From the IMG/VR virus record IMGVR_UViG_3300012013_000859: DNA of 64,000 bases; one strand, written 5' to 3'. Below are positions 20,372 to 30,018 of the stretch, piece after piece; positions within the stretch are counted from its first letter, which is position 1; each line of letters begins with the position of its first letter. Source of the stretch: an uncultured virus (IMG/VR IMGVR_UViG_3300012013_000859). Taxonomy: Duplodnaviria > Heunggongvirae > Uroviricota > Caudoviricetes. The position numbers were made by a program, and so were the translations under genes. The notes beneath the pieces are model-generated. The model searched no databases, was not told the origin of the DNA, and worked only from the letters and a program-made list of their open reading frames with translations.

Positions 20372-23300
20372 CTAACTGGTAAATACTTGCATGCCTTTAT
20401 ATAATTGATATGTTAACATGTTTTCCATAACATTTTGCCAATCAGGCCTGGTACTTAAATTTTCAGATATGGTTGTTAATGTATCCTCCCAGTTTATAAT
20501 ACCTTCTAATTGATTATTAGCTTGAGTGGGTATATATGTGTAAAATATATATGAATTGTTTATTTCATCTAATGTATAATCACTTGGTAACACTAAATTC
20601 CACCCCCAGTAGTTACTGTAAGTGGATAATTCATATGTTTGTGTTGTTGAATTTCTAAATGTTGTATGATTCCCACTCAAAACATCAGTATTTAACAATT
20701 TGTATGTTTCACTGAATTTTTCATATGCAACAATAGGAACTGCTGCACTTCCTGCAGTCAAAATTGTTGTGTAAAAATTAAGTTTATCACCTAAATTAAT
20801 ACCGTATGTATCACTATTAACAGTACCACGTTTATTGTAATTTTCTGCAAATTTATTTCGACTACCCCACAATTTGCTTTGTTTGATTGAAAATAAATCA
20901 ATCAATCGTGCTAGATCAGCAGGGTATGAAAATTGAGATTTATCAAATTGTGTAGTATTTTGTCCAAATTGTTGATATAAACTTACAAGTGCTGGTATAT
21001 TACATGTTTGTGGATTGTATGTGTTGTCAACAAAGTTTGAAATTTTTTCATACACACGTTTGCCTAATGTGTTGGGATTTGATTCAATGTTACCAACTAT
21101 TGATCCAATAAAATCTGTAAACATTGTATTATTTTCTAATAATGTTTCTTGAAAAATGTAAGATTTGTACATTTCAGTAAAATCAACATTTTCATTAATT
21201 TTACCAATGGAATATTTACCAGTTGATAGATAAACATTAAATGTGTCACTATTTACAACTAATGATGGTACAGTTGATCTATATTTTGTCATCCATCGCA
21301 CACCAGTCCAATCACCAACTGCAAATAATTTATTTTCACCCGAATTTACATTTAAATCCGGCAAGGCTGTTACTGCAAAACTTGTTGTAATTATTGAATT
21401 AAAGTTATAAACCCGTCTATCAGCACTGCTTACAAGTAATACACTATTTACATCAACCCCACCAATACCTTCTATATCAGTTAAATATGTGGTTGTGTTA
21501 TTTGGTGAAGAACTAATTGGATATGTTAATACCGTTTTGATACAATCTGGTGATATTTTAACAACTACATTTTTATTTTTTGTTAACCATACATTTGAAT
21601 CGTAATCAAGTGTAATATCTCCAATATAACCACATATTGGTATTTGTGTTTTGTCTCCAGTTTTTCCATTTATATAATATACACTATCATTACATTCATT
21701 CAATGTTAACGTGCTGTTTATATAATTTTTGTAAACTACCCATATATTATCATTTTTATCTACAACCAATGCATCAGCTGAATACCCAAAATCTACTGTA
21801 ATTGTTGACAGCACTGTTCCGGTGGTTGAATACTTAATTATATATGATGAAATCGGGTTGCTGTAAGTTACCCAAATGTTATTTTGTGTGTCTGTATCAA
21901 CACAAGATGGTGTTAAGCTATTATCATTTGCAAACCCACTAAGTGTGAAATAACTACCAGATAAATCACCATAATATGTATTTGCAAATGGTGGTATTGC
22001 AACTGCATCAATTTTACCAGTTAATTGATTTATTTTTATTGTACTAACAGCATCAAATAATGTCACCCAGGCATTGTAATTACCATCCAATGCTATATAT
22101 GATGGTGCAGCACTTGATAATGATCCAAGTAAATTAACAGTGCCGCCAGTAGATAATTGCATTGCTGATAAATTGAAACTGCTTAATAATGTTCCGGTGT
22201 TGTTGTATTTTACAATTATATCACGATCTGCATCAACAATCCACACTGATCCAGTTTCAGGAATTACTGCTACAGCTGCAGCACCTGTTGTGGATGTAAA
22301 TATTGTTGATGTTGATATTGTTGATGTGGAATACCCACCTGAAAGTGGTTGTATGCTATGTATATACCGACTTTCAGGTTGTAATAAAAATAAATTTACA
22401 CTTCTACCAGTTATTGAATTATATAATACAGATGCTTGTAAATATACATTATTACATTCAATTGGGCACTCGATATACCCTTTGAAATACCCACCGTAAA
22501 TGCTTTTTGCGGTTAAATTGTCAAAATCTGCAGTTATTGTTGCATTACCAACTGTTACACCAGCACTTAATAATGAAATTTTAATGTTTCCAGCACTCAA
22601 AGCAGAATTATTATTAATTAAAGTAAGCACCGGTAAATATTTTGCAGGGTAATTGTTTGAATCTTGTAACCTAATAACAAATGGTATTTGGGTACCTGTA
22701 AATTGATTAGAATCAATTGTAAATGATTCAATTCCATTTGATGTAAACGATATTTGACCTATATCATTTTGTGGTATAGTTGCATAAAAAACATTTTTTG
22801 GAATTTGTTGTATAATTTGATATTTTGATTTAGGTAATGTGTTGTCTAAATTGCCTTGATCAAGTGTGTAATCACTTAAATTGGTATTATCTTGTGAAAT
22901 AAAAATATTTGCATTACGGCTCTCACATGCACTTAAAGTGTCACATCGATTTTCTGGTGAAAAATCATCAATAAAATATACATCAGCTGTACCAGATGTC
23001 CCAGCGAAACATGATCCAACATCAGTGCTGTCACATTTAATAATATTACTACCAGATAATTTATAATACAATTCAGTTGAGGTAGTTATTACGGAATTGA
23101 CTGGAATTTTTTCATAATCATTAATATATGTATTCCAGGTTTTTTGAAAAAATCCCGCATATGGTAATAAATGTGAATAAATTTCTTTGTTGTATACATC
23201 TACATCTAATAATGGTGCATTTGTATTTTTACCATATAAATTAAATTTGTAACCATCCACAATAAATTTATCGTAATTTCTCCAACTATTAAATCGTGTT

Positions 23301-23689
23301 ATTGTAAAATAATTATCAAAATGTGATGATATATTAGCCCAGTAACTTAATGTAGTTACTACAAAATTGTCAGGCACTATGTCATAAACATCAACAGTCT
23401 GTTTGTAACTATCAACAACACCATTACCAAGAGCATCAATCAAATATAAAGTGATCGTGTATGTACCGGGTAAAGAATAACTGTGTGTAGCAGTTACACT
23501 TTTCGATGTGGTGTTATCACCGAAATCCCATAATAATTTTTTGTTGGAATATTGATTACCGATATCAGTAATACCAGTTGGTATAAATGTAAATGGGGTA
23601 ATTGGTAAACTATAACTTGATGTTGAAAACATTCCTGTATAGTTTTTTATGTAAAAATAATTATAATTTGTTTTGATTAAATCGCTCAT
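20372..23689 (-). CDS. Baseplate wedge-associated protein: PKD domain, beta-propeller, gp7-like C-terminus
   Basis: LWDFGDNTT...HSYSLPGTYTITL (PKD); repeated D.d.NxWV blades; follows gp6. Confidence 0.6.
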   Translation of the reverse strand: MSDLIKTNYNYFYIKNYTGMFSTSSYSLPITPFTFIPTGITDIGNQYSNKKLLWDFGDNTTSKSVTATHSYSLPGTYTITLYLIDALGNGVVDSYKQTVDVYDIVPDNFVVTTLSYWANISSHFDNYFTITRFNSWRNYDKFIVDGYKFNLYGKNTNAPLLDVDVYNKEIYSHLLPYAGFFQKTWNTYINDYEKIPVNSVITTSTELYYKLSGSNIIKCDSTDVGSCFAGTSGTADVYFIDDFSPENRCDTLSACESRNANIFISQDNTNLSDYTLDQGNLDNTLPKSKYQIIQQIPKNVFYATIPQNDIGQISFTSNGIESFTIDSNQFTGTQIPFVIRLQDSNNYPAKYLPVLTLINNNSALSAGNIKISLLSAGVTVGNATITADFDNLTAKSIYGGYFKGYIECPIECNNVYLQASVLYNSITGRSVNLFLLQPESRYIHSIQPLSGGYSTSTISTSTIFTSTTGAAAVAVIPETGSVWIVDADRDIIVKYNNTGTLLSSFNLSAMQLSTGGTVNLLGSLSSAAPSYIALDGNYNAWVTLFDAVSTIKINQLTGKIDAVAIPPFANTYYGDLSGSYFTLSGFANDNSLTPSCVDTDTQNNIWVTYSNPISSYIIKYSTTGTVLSTITVDFGYSADALVVDKNDNIWVVYKNYINSTLTLNECNDSVYYINGKTGDKTQIPICGYIGDITLDYDSNVWLTKNKNVVVKISPDCIKTVLTYPISSSPNNTTTYLTDIEGIGGVDVNSVLLVSSADRRVYNFNSIITTSFAVTALPDLNVNSGENKLFAVGDWTGVRWMTKYRSTVPSLVVNSDTFNVYLSTGKYSIGKINENVDFTEMYKSYIFQETLLENNTMFTDFIGSIVGNIESNPNTLGKRVYEKISNFVDNTYNPQTCNIPALVSLYQQFGQNTTQFDKSQFSYPADLARLIDLFSIKQSKLWGSRNKFAENYNKRGTVNSDTYGINLGDKLNFYTTILTAGSAAVPIVAYEKFSETYKLLNTDVLSGNHTTFRNSTTQTYELSTYSNYWGWNLVLPSDYTLDEINNSYIFYTYIPTQANNQLEGIINWEDTLTTISENLSTRPDWQNVMENMLTYQLYKGMQVFTS

Positions 23690-23696
23690 TTAGTTG

Positions 23697-25520
23697 TTAT
23701 TCTACAATAATACTTGCAAGTTGTTTGGTTTCATCATACAAATATGGAAATTGAAACTTTTCAATTGAAATATTTTGTGAAGTTGACTGTACACTTGTAT
23801 TAGGGTATAATGGATTCCAATATATAAAACTTAAATTAGGTGTTTTGTATACATCACCGTTGTATGTTCGTTCAACCATAATTGATTTAACACCGGCAAT
23901 GTTTAATAAATCAATATTCAGTTTATTAATATCAATTAATTGACCTAATTTATTATTTTCAAGTTTAAAGAAATTTGAAATTACACTACCAACTTGTGTT
24001 TTAATTTGTTCTTTTGATAAAACAGAATTATCTATACGTTTAATCTTTACAACTGTGGTGTCTTTAATATCAACATTAATAAGTTCACCTTGAACCGGCA
24101 ACCCAAAACTAAATGCAACATAAATCGGATCATTCAATGTAATATTGTGAGTTTCACATTTTATTTCATTGAAAAAATTCTTAATTAGTTGTTTTTGAGC
24201 TAATGGTACAGTATTTGGAGTCAATTGATTTGAAATTGCTCCAACGGTTGGTACAATAAATATGTTGATATTGTTGAAATCACATGCATCGTTAAATTGT
24301 ACTTGATTAAATAGAACACGCTCATTTGAATTCGGTTGTTCTAATCCAATATCATAAAAATATTTGATATATGTTGACACATATTCTTGATTATTCAATA
24401 CTGAACTGCTATTAATAATATCTGAATAATTTTTTGTTAAAAATGCATTATAGTCAGTAGCATTTACAGCTCGATTTTGTGCAGTAAATAAAATCGGAGC
24501 ATTTTGTCTAATTTGAGTAACACTTTCATAATTTGTTGGTGTTGTTGATTGAAAAAAGTTACTAACCGTTAATGTTTTTGATGTATTAGCATCAATGTAA
24601 ATTAGATCTGTATTGTATATATCATCACCTATGTCTCTAAATTGTGCAGTATTATATAATGCAATTGTTGAAGAAGAGGTTGTGTTGGGTCCAACTGTTC
24701 CTAAGTTACCATCACTTTCTAAATAGTAAATAGCAACTGTATCACCTGGGTTCAATTGTTTACCATTGACATTGTTACCAAATTTAACTTCGTATCTACC
24801 AAATTCATTTAATTTTTTGTCAAAACCTAATGTATTAGCATCAATTAAAAATAAACTTGATGTTTCATTCCATTGAGACCATACACCCGTGTAAATATCT
24901 TTAACAAACACAAATATGTTGTTGTTGTCAATGAATTTATCAAACTCACCATTATTAGATGGATCATTCGTTATGGTAATTTGTTCAAAAGCCTCACCAA
25001 TTGAAGTATATACTGGATATTCTTTAAATTTACCTTGGTAAATTAAATTATTATTACCAACAGATGATATAACTTCAGCTATATCTGTCAATTTTTCAAA
25101 TGATATGTCTTTATTTGTTGAATATGTATTACCATTAAATGTAATTTGTGAAAAACGTTTTAATGTATAAAAATTAGCTGGTAAATTTAGGTCAGCATTC
25201 AAATTAAAATTCAACAATGCAGTTTGTCTACCTTGCGGTTTGTAACCAATTAATGAAACAACTTTACTCATGTTCTCATATAATTCAGTTTGATTGAAAA
25301 TAACTTCTGATGCAGTATTATTCAAATAAAACAACAATAAATGGTAACTTAGTGCAAAAATATCTGTTAATGATGATATATTACTACCTTCATAGTTAAT
25401 ATCTGGAAAAGCCCCGCTATCGTTCAAACGATCAATGAACAATTGTCGTAAACTTACAGCATCAAATGTTGCATATGCTTCCCTAGGTAAATTAAATTCT
25501 GTGTAATTAGTAGTTGCCAT
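23697..25520 (-). CDS. gp6: Baseplate wedge subunit gp6
   Basis: DINYEGSNISSL.DI, IGYKP, YEVKFGNNVNGK, ES..QIRQNAP..F.AQNRAV...DY. Confidence 0.9.
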   Translation of the reverse strand: MATTNYTEFNLPREAYATFDAVSLRQLFIDRLNDSGAFPDINYEGSNISSLTDIFALSYHLLLFYLNNTASEVIFNQTELYENMSKVVSLIGYKPQGRQTALLNFNLNADLNLPANFYTLKRFSQITFNGNTYSTNKDISFEKLTDIAEVISSVGNNNLIYQGKFKEYPVYTSIGEAFEQITITNDPSNNGEFDKFIDNNNIFVFVKDIYTGVWSQWNETSSLFLIDANTLGFDKKLNEFGRYEVKFGNNVNGKQLNPGDTVAIYYLESDGNLGTVGPNTTSSSTIALYNTAQFRDIGDDIYNTDLIYIDANTSKTLTVSNFFQSTTPTNYESVTQIRQNAPILFTAQNRAVNATDYNAFLTKNYSDIINSSSVLNNQEYVSTYIKYFYDIGLEQPNSNERVLFNQVQFNDACDFNNINIFIVPTVGAISNQLTPNTVPLAQKQLIKNFFNEIKCETHNITLNDPIYVAFSFGLPVQGELINVDIKDTTVVKIKRIDNSVLSKEQIKTQVGSVISNFFKLENNKLGQLIDINKLNIDLLNIAGVKSIMVERTYNGDVYKTPNLSFIYWNPLYPNTSVQSTSQNISIEKFQFPYLYDETKQLASIIVE

Positions 25521-25522
25521 GA

Positions 25523-26002
25523 TTATTTATTATTAAAAACGTATCCATTACTATTTAAGATACCAAGTATGCTTATACCCACTAAATTTAGTGTGGGAAC
25601 TGAAAAACTTAATTCAATATCATATTGTTGTTCTTCTGGACTAACTGTAATGTCTAGTCTATCTATTCGAATACGTGGTTCGAATGTTGTGATTTGTTTG
25701 TAAATTATATTTCCTATCTGCTCGCCGATATTTTTAGTAACTTGTTCAAATAATAACCCTCGTAAATCACATCCATATGCAGGATTTAATATTTTTTCAC
25801 CGGGTGAAGTAGTTAATAAATTTCTGATTGAATTTTTAATAGCAGTTACATCATAATCAGCTTTGAAATCTTTCTGTTCAGGGGTTTTATATAATTCACC
25901 AGTTACTGTAAATTCAGGTATTAAATCCAAGTGGATATCCTTGTATTGATAGGGTGCAGCAGTTTGTTTCTTGGGTAATGTATTTAAATTAATTTTTGCC
26001 AT
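25523..26002 (-). CDS. gp25: Baseplate wedge subunit gp25
   Basis: YKDIHL, AIKNSIRNLLTTSPGEKILNPAYGCDLRGLLFE, FEPRI; start ATG 26002. Confidence 0.92.
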   Translation of the reverse strand: MAKINLNTLPKKQTAAPYQYKDIHLDLIPEFTVTGELYKTPEQKDFKADYDVTAIKNSIRNLLTTSPGEKILNPAYGCDLRGLLFEQVTKNIGEQIGNIIYKQITTFEPRIRIDRLDITVSPEEQQYDIELSFSVPTLNLVGISILGILNSNGYVFNNK

Positions 26003-26007
26003 GAAAA

Positions 26008-26029
26008 TATTTAATATAAACATTAAATA
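26008..26029. promoter_or_regulatory. Back-to-back late-promoter boxes (ATTAAATA on - at 26008-26015 and on + at 26022-26029)
   Basis: T4-late-like TAAATA boxes 5 and 6 nt from the divergent ATGs at 26002 and 26036. Confidence 0.65.
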
Positions 26030-26035
26030 CTATTG

Positions 26036-26623
26036 ATGAACAACAAATTTATTAATCTCTGGGAATCAGCTATTCAAAGATTTACCCGTGGTGGCTTTTT
26101 AGTTGGTGATTATATTAACTTTATCGATGATTACAAATCACATGATAGTTTTAAACAATTACCACAGGAATTACAAGATCAATTAGAAGATTTAACTACA
26201 AGTGGCCTGCATATCCGTGTTTTGAATATTAAAGATACAAATCCAGGTAGATACCCTGGTAATATTGATACACAAAATGGAAATAGTGTTGTTTTAGATA
26301 TTGCAGCTGATCATGGTGGAGGACGATACGTTGGGCAATTTACTATACCATGTTGTTTAGTGCAACGTATTGATTATTATCCGAATGTTGCACCTGCAAT
26401 ACCAGATGGGTTGATTAGACCCAATAAAACACAAATCAAACCAGTAGAATTTAAATTGGACAATGAGGAAATTGAGAGACGTACCAGAAATACTCAGCAA
26501 GATGATAGTGAAAAAGAATCTGATACAATGTTACCAACTAAAAACGTTAAAATACCAACGTCTGTTGCAAAACAGGCTAAATCACCTGCAGTCGCAAGTT
26601 ATACAGCTAAGTATTTGTCTTGA
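26036..26623 (+). CDS. Hypothetical late protein, possibly head-associated
   Basis: Clean ORF; N-terminus MNNKFINLWE; late box upstream. Confidence 0.6.
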   Translation: MNNKFINLWESAIQRFTRGGFLVGDYINFIDDYKSHDSFKQLPQELQDQLEDLTTSGLHIRVLNIKDTNPGRYPGNIDTQNGNSVVLDIAADHGGGRYVGQFTIPCCLVQRIDYYPNVAPAIPDGLIRPNKTQIKPVEFKLDNEEIERRTRNTQQDDSEKESDTMLPTKNVKIPTSVAKQAKSPAVASYTAKYLS

Positions 26624-27545
26624 TTAACTTTTGTACGTTAATTAAGCAAGCAAAAAAGTTGATTTCTTGATCAACACAGAAGCTACAACGGTACATATGC
26701 TCAGCTACCGTAACAATTGCTTCTGACTTATTAACAATCTTAGAGTTGTATATACATTCTAAGATAGCTTTCATTAAATTGTGATAGTCACCATAGAATT
26801 CACCTTCATTTTCAATTGCATATCGTCTACAACTAACGATATCTTTAGTTTGTAACTGTGTAAATAGTTGATTTGCAAACTTATCTACGTTAGATACATC
26901 CTTAATTGCTAAACAACCATTGAAACTTGACTTTTGCAGTTCATTAACAATCTTTCTTAAGTCAGGAAAGTAGGTTTTAACTAGTTTTAAGAATGGATCT
27001 TTTTGTTCTTTAGTTAAAGTAACGTTTTCAGCCTGTAATATGTTGAAACAACGTACAACTGCATCTTTTAACTCATAATTAAACGATAAAGTCTGGCATC
27101 TACTTTGTAATGCAGGTATGATTTTATGTTTATAGTTAGCAGTTAGAATGAATCGAGTGCTGATACTGTATTCCTCCATAGTATTGCGCATTGCTCGCAT
27201 TGCATCCCCTGATAATCCATCCATTTCATCACATATTACGACTTTAATGCCGCCATTAAGAGATTTCGTTTGTGCAAAACTGATTACTTTGTTACGAATT
27301 GTGTCAATACCGTTTTCATCACTTGCATTAATGTATAGATAATCACATTCCAAAATATGATTTACAATAATTTTTGCAATACTAGTTTTACCAACTCCAG
27401 GTGGTCCAACCAATAACAAATTCGGAATACTTTTATCTTCCTTGAATTTGTTTAATATGTCCCTAGTTTCAGAAGACAAAACGATATCGTTTAATGTCTT
27501 CGGACGATATTTTTCTGTCCAAATACTATGTATTGCTTCGATCAT
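26607..27545 (-). CDS. gp44: Clamp loader AAA+ subunit (gp44/RFC small subunit)
   Basis: WTEKYRPKTL, GPPGVGKT, INASDENGIDTIR, DEMD, LQSRC. Confidence 0.95.
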   Translation of the reverse strand: MIEAIHSIWTEKYRPKTLNDIVLSSETRDILNKFKEDKSIPNLLLVGPPGVGKTSIAKIIVNHILECDYLYINASDENGIDTIRNKVISFAQTKSLNGGIKVVICDEMDGLSGDAMRAMRNTMEEYSISTRFILTANYKHKIIPALQSRCQTLSFNYELKDAVVRCFNILQAENVTLTKEQKDPFLKLVKTYFPDLRKIVNELQKSSFNGCLAIKDVSNVDKFANQLFTQLQTKDIVSCRRYAIENEGEFYGDYHNLMKAILECIYNSKIVNKSEAIVTVAEHMYRCSFCVDQEINFFACLINVQKLIKTNT

Positions 27546-27885
27546 AAAAACGTTGTTGTGAAGGATCTGTTTTAAATGTGGTAAGTCGCATTAACTCTTG
27601 TTCTTCATCAGTTAATGCTTGTCCATCTCTATGTTTTGTTGCTATGTTTCTAAGTCTTTCTATTAATTCACTTTGCTCTTTTGTTAACTGAACTAACGGC
27701 ATTGTAAATTTTGTATCAATTTTTGATGTCATTGGTTGAACTCCAACAATATCTGATAGTTTTAATTCCGGAAATTTGTAGCCTTTAATTGCAGGCATTA
27801 CAATTTTGTTGAAATGTCGCCGGAAAAATAACTTATAATAAAGTCGTTTCCACCACGGGAGCGTTTTAATTAATGAATAACACAT
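27526..27885 (-). CDS. Small protein carrying a major-capsid (gp23 Gol-region) motif
   Basis: FNKIVMPAIKGYKFPELKLSDIVGVQPMTS; the rest of the 119 aa is not capsid-like. Confidence 0.65.
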   Translation of the reverse strand: MCYSLIKTLPWWKRLYYKLFFRRHFNKIVMPAIKGYKFPELKLSDIVGVQPMTSKIDTKFTMPLVQLTKEQSELIERLRNIATKHRDGQALTDEEQELMRLTTFKTDPSQQRFYDRSNT

Positions 27886-27889
27886 AATA

Positions 27890-28327
27890 TTACTTACCAG
27901 ATGACCCTAAACCTTTATCACCCCGTTTTGATTCAACCACATCATCAATAAACTCAACAGTTGATGGCCACACCTTTTCAACCTTCATCTGTGCAACTCG
28001 ATCACCAATTTCAAATGTATGGTCATTCTTACCAAAGTTATAAATTAATACATTCAAACTTCCACGATAGCCGCAATCTATCTCTCCCAAATGCGGTTGT
28101 AAATTATTTTTAAAACCTAAACCTGACCGCGGTTTAAACACTATACCAAACCCTGGTGTGATGTAACCTAATTTTAGCCCGACGTTGACAGTTGCATTAC
28201 CATGTGCAGGCACAACCGTACGTTCAACAGCATACATATCCCAACAATTATCATCATCATGTGCTTTAGTTGGTAAAGTTGCGTTGATATCCATTTTTAC
28301 AAATTTAATTTCTATATTTTCTTGCAT
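27890..28327 (-). CDS. dut: dUTPase (trimeric)
   Basis: PRSGL, GEIDCGYRG, GDRVAQM, RGDKGLGSSG; start ATG 28327. Confidence 0.95.
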   Translation of the reverse strand: MQENIEIKFVKMDINATLPTKAHDDDNCWDMYAVERTVVPAHGNATVNVGLKLGYITPGFGIVFKPRSGLGFKNNLQPHLGEIDCGYRGSLNVLIYNFGKNDHTFEIGDRVAQMKVEKVWPSTVEFIDDVVESKRGDKGLGSSGK

Positions 28328-28331
28328 ATTA

Positions 28332-28362
28332 ATTATAATATAATATGATATCAAAAAATCAA
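28332..28362 (-). promoter_or_regulatory. Sigma70-type promoter for dut-Gol-like gene-gp44
   Basis: TTGATT (28357-28362) with TATTAT/TATAAT (28332-28340) just upstream of the ATG. Confidence 0.55.
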
Positions 28363-28400
28363 TTCAGTTTATTTTTTAATTTTTTACCATAAATATTAAC

Positions 28401-28898
28401 ATGGATGAAAATATTGAAGATCAAGTAGGTGATATTTTAGACCAACTAAAATCCGCTCCAAAAGTTATTCGTAAAGTAGAATCATTAAATCTAACTAAAG
28501 AAAATTTAGAAGAATTTATTTTAAAGTATGCTGGTGATCTTGTGCAAACAAGTTCCGACGCTGTGAATACTATCAATGATCACATTCTTTCAGCTCCTAC
28601 AGCTGAAGATGTTGTCGCTTTAGCAGAATTAATTAAAGCAAGTAATTCATCAATTGAAACATTAAATAAAATGTTTCTTACAGATAAGAAACACCACACA
28701 CTTATTAAAATTAAACAAATGGATGTAGATAGTAGAAAAAAGGAATTGGATACAGCTATTGGTGCAAAATTATTAATGTCAAGAGAAGAATTAATGAAAC
28801 AATTTTTAATGAATGTTTCAGAACCTATTAAAACAATAGATGGTGAAATTATACAAGATGAAATTAAACAATTGACTAATTCGGAGGATTCGGATTAG
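28401..28898 (+). CDS. Probable terminase small subunit (gp16-like)
   Basis: Helical pattern LVQTSSDAV...V.ALAELIKA...IETLNK...LMSREELMK parallels T4-like gp16; CATAAATA box 5 nt upstream. Confidence 0.5.
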   Translation: MDENIEDQVGDILDQLKSAPKVIRKVESLNLTKENLEEFILKYAGDLVQTSSDAVNTINDHILSAPTAEDVVALAELIKASNSSIETLNKMFLTDKKHHTLIKIKQMDVDSRKKELDTAIGAKLLMSREELMKQFLMNVSEPIKTIDGEIIQDEIKQLTNSEDSD

Positions 28899-30009
28899 TT
28901 ATTGGTGATGAATACGGGTCTGGGGGATTTAAAGGTACACGATTTAAATTGACATTGCTTAAATCATCAAAATATCTCCCTTGTGGGTCAATTGAACTAT
29001 TTGAAAGATCAGTTAGTTCTTGTGGTATAATATATGAGCGTACATTATTACCATTAATATCTGTTACGACAGTATACCCATTAATGTTGGTATTGTATAA
29101 TATTCTACGAGCTTTACCAAAATTCATCTGAGGGTCTTGATAATTAAACCGTTTATAGTAATCAGCAATTCTGTAACAATCTTTCAATGGTTTTGCTGTT
29201 TTATCTAACACACTTGGTCCAGATTGACTTATCATATTATAATGACTAATCGCATTAGTCATTGGTGCTGATTCGGATGTATCCTCTAATGTTTGACCTA
29301 ATTGAAGTTGTTGTTGTTCAAATTTAATACGTTCTTCTGAAAAATTTGGAGATAACCCACTTCTAAAAATAGATTCTGCAGATGCTTGAGTTTTCATTAC
29401 TTCTGTTTTTATTATTGATGAAACTTTATTGTATATATTTAGCGTTGTTGAAATTGGTGGGGGGAAAAATTCAAATAATGTATCCCATAAAGCCGTTGTG
29501 TGTGGTGTGTTACTTTCACCTACATTTGATAATGTTGCTAATGTATCACTAATTGCTTGAAAATAATTACATGGTGCAGTACATTGATTCAATGCATCGG
29601 CTAATTTATTTAAAAATCCATCATCTTTATCCAATGGTACATTAGATTTATTTGGCTTAGTTTTAGGTACTTTAATTGTATTTGCAATATCAAATGCATT
29701 AGATAGTTCAGGTTTAATTGTGTCGCTATATATTTTTGGTAATTTATTGTTTACCTTGTCTACAAATAATATAATAGTCGGTACATCCAAACTTGGACCT
29801 GTTAATATAAAATCTTTAGTAAAATCTCTTAGTGCATTCAATGGATCATTAGATGTTTCAATCTCTTTAAACTTGTACATCAAATTAAATTCAGGTTCAA
29901 ATTGATTGACTAATTCACATAAAGTAGTGTCTTGTTTTAGTGCTGCAATATTTGGCAGCACCGAATAAGTTTCTAATAATTCTGGTATTAATGTTTTACC
30001 TAGCAACAT
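28876..30009 (-). CDS. Hypothetical protein (end of hub/tape-measure cluster)
   Basis: 377-aa ORF with late box at 30016-30023. Confidence 0.6.
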   Translation of the reverse strand: MLLGKTLIPELLETYSVLPNIAALKQDTTLCELVNQFEPEFNLMYKFKEIETSNDPLNALRDFTKDFILTGPSLDVPTIILFVDKVNNKLPKIYSDTIKPELSNAFDIANTIKVPKTKPNKSNVPLDKDDGFLNKLADALNQCTAPCNYFQAISDTLATLSNVGESNTPHTTALWDTLFEFFPPPISTTLNIYNKVSSIIKTEVMKTQASAESIFRSGLSPNFSEERIKFEQQQLQLGQTLEDTSESAPMTNAISHYNMISQSGPSVLDKTAKPLKDCYRIADYYKRFNYQDPQMNFGKARRILYNTNINGYTVVTDINGNNVRSYIIPQELTDLSNSSIDPQGRYFDDLSNVNLNRVPLNPPDPYSSPITNPNPPN

Positions 30010-30018
30010 ATAAAATAT

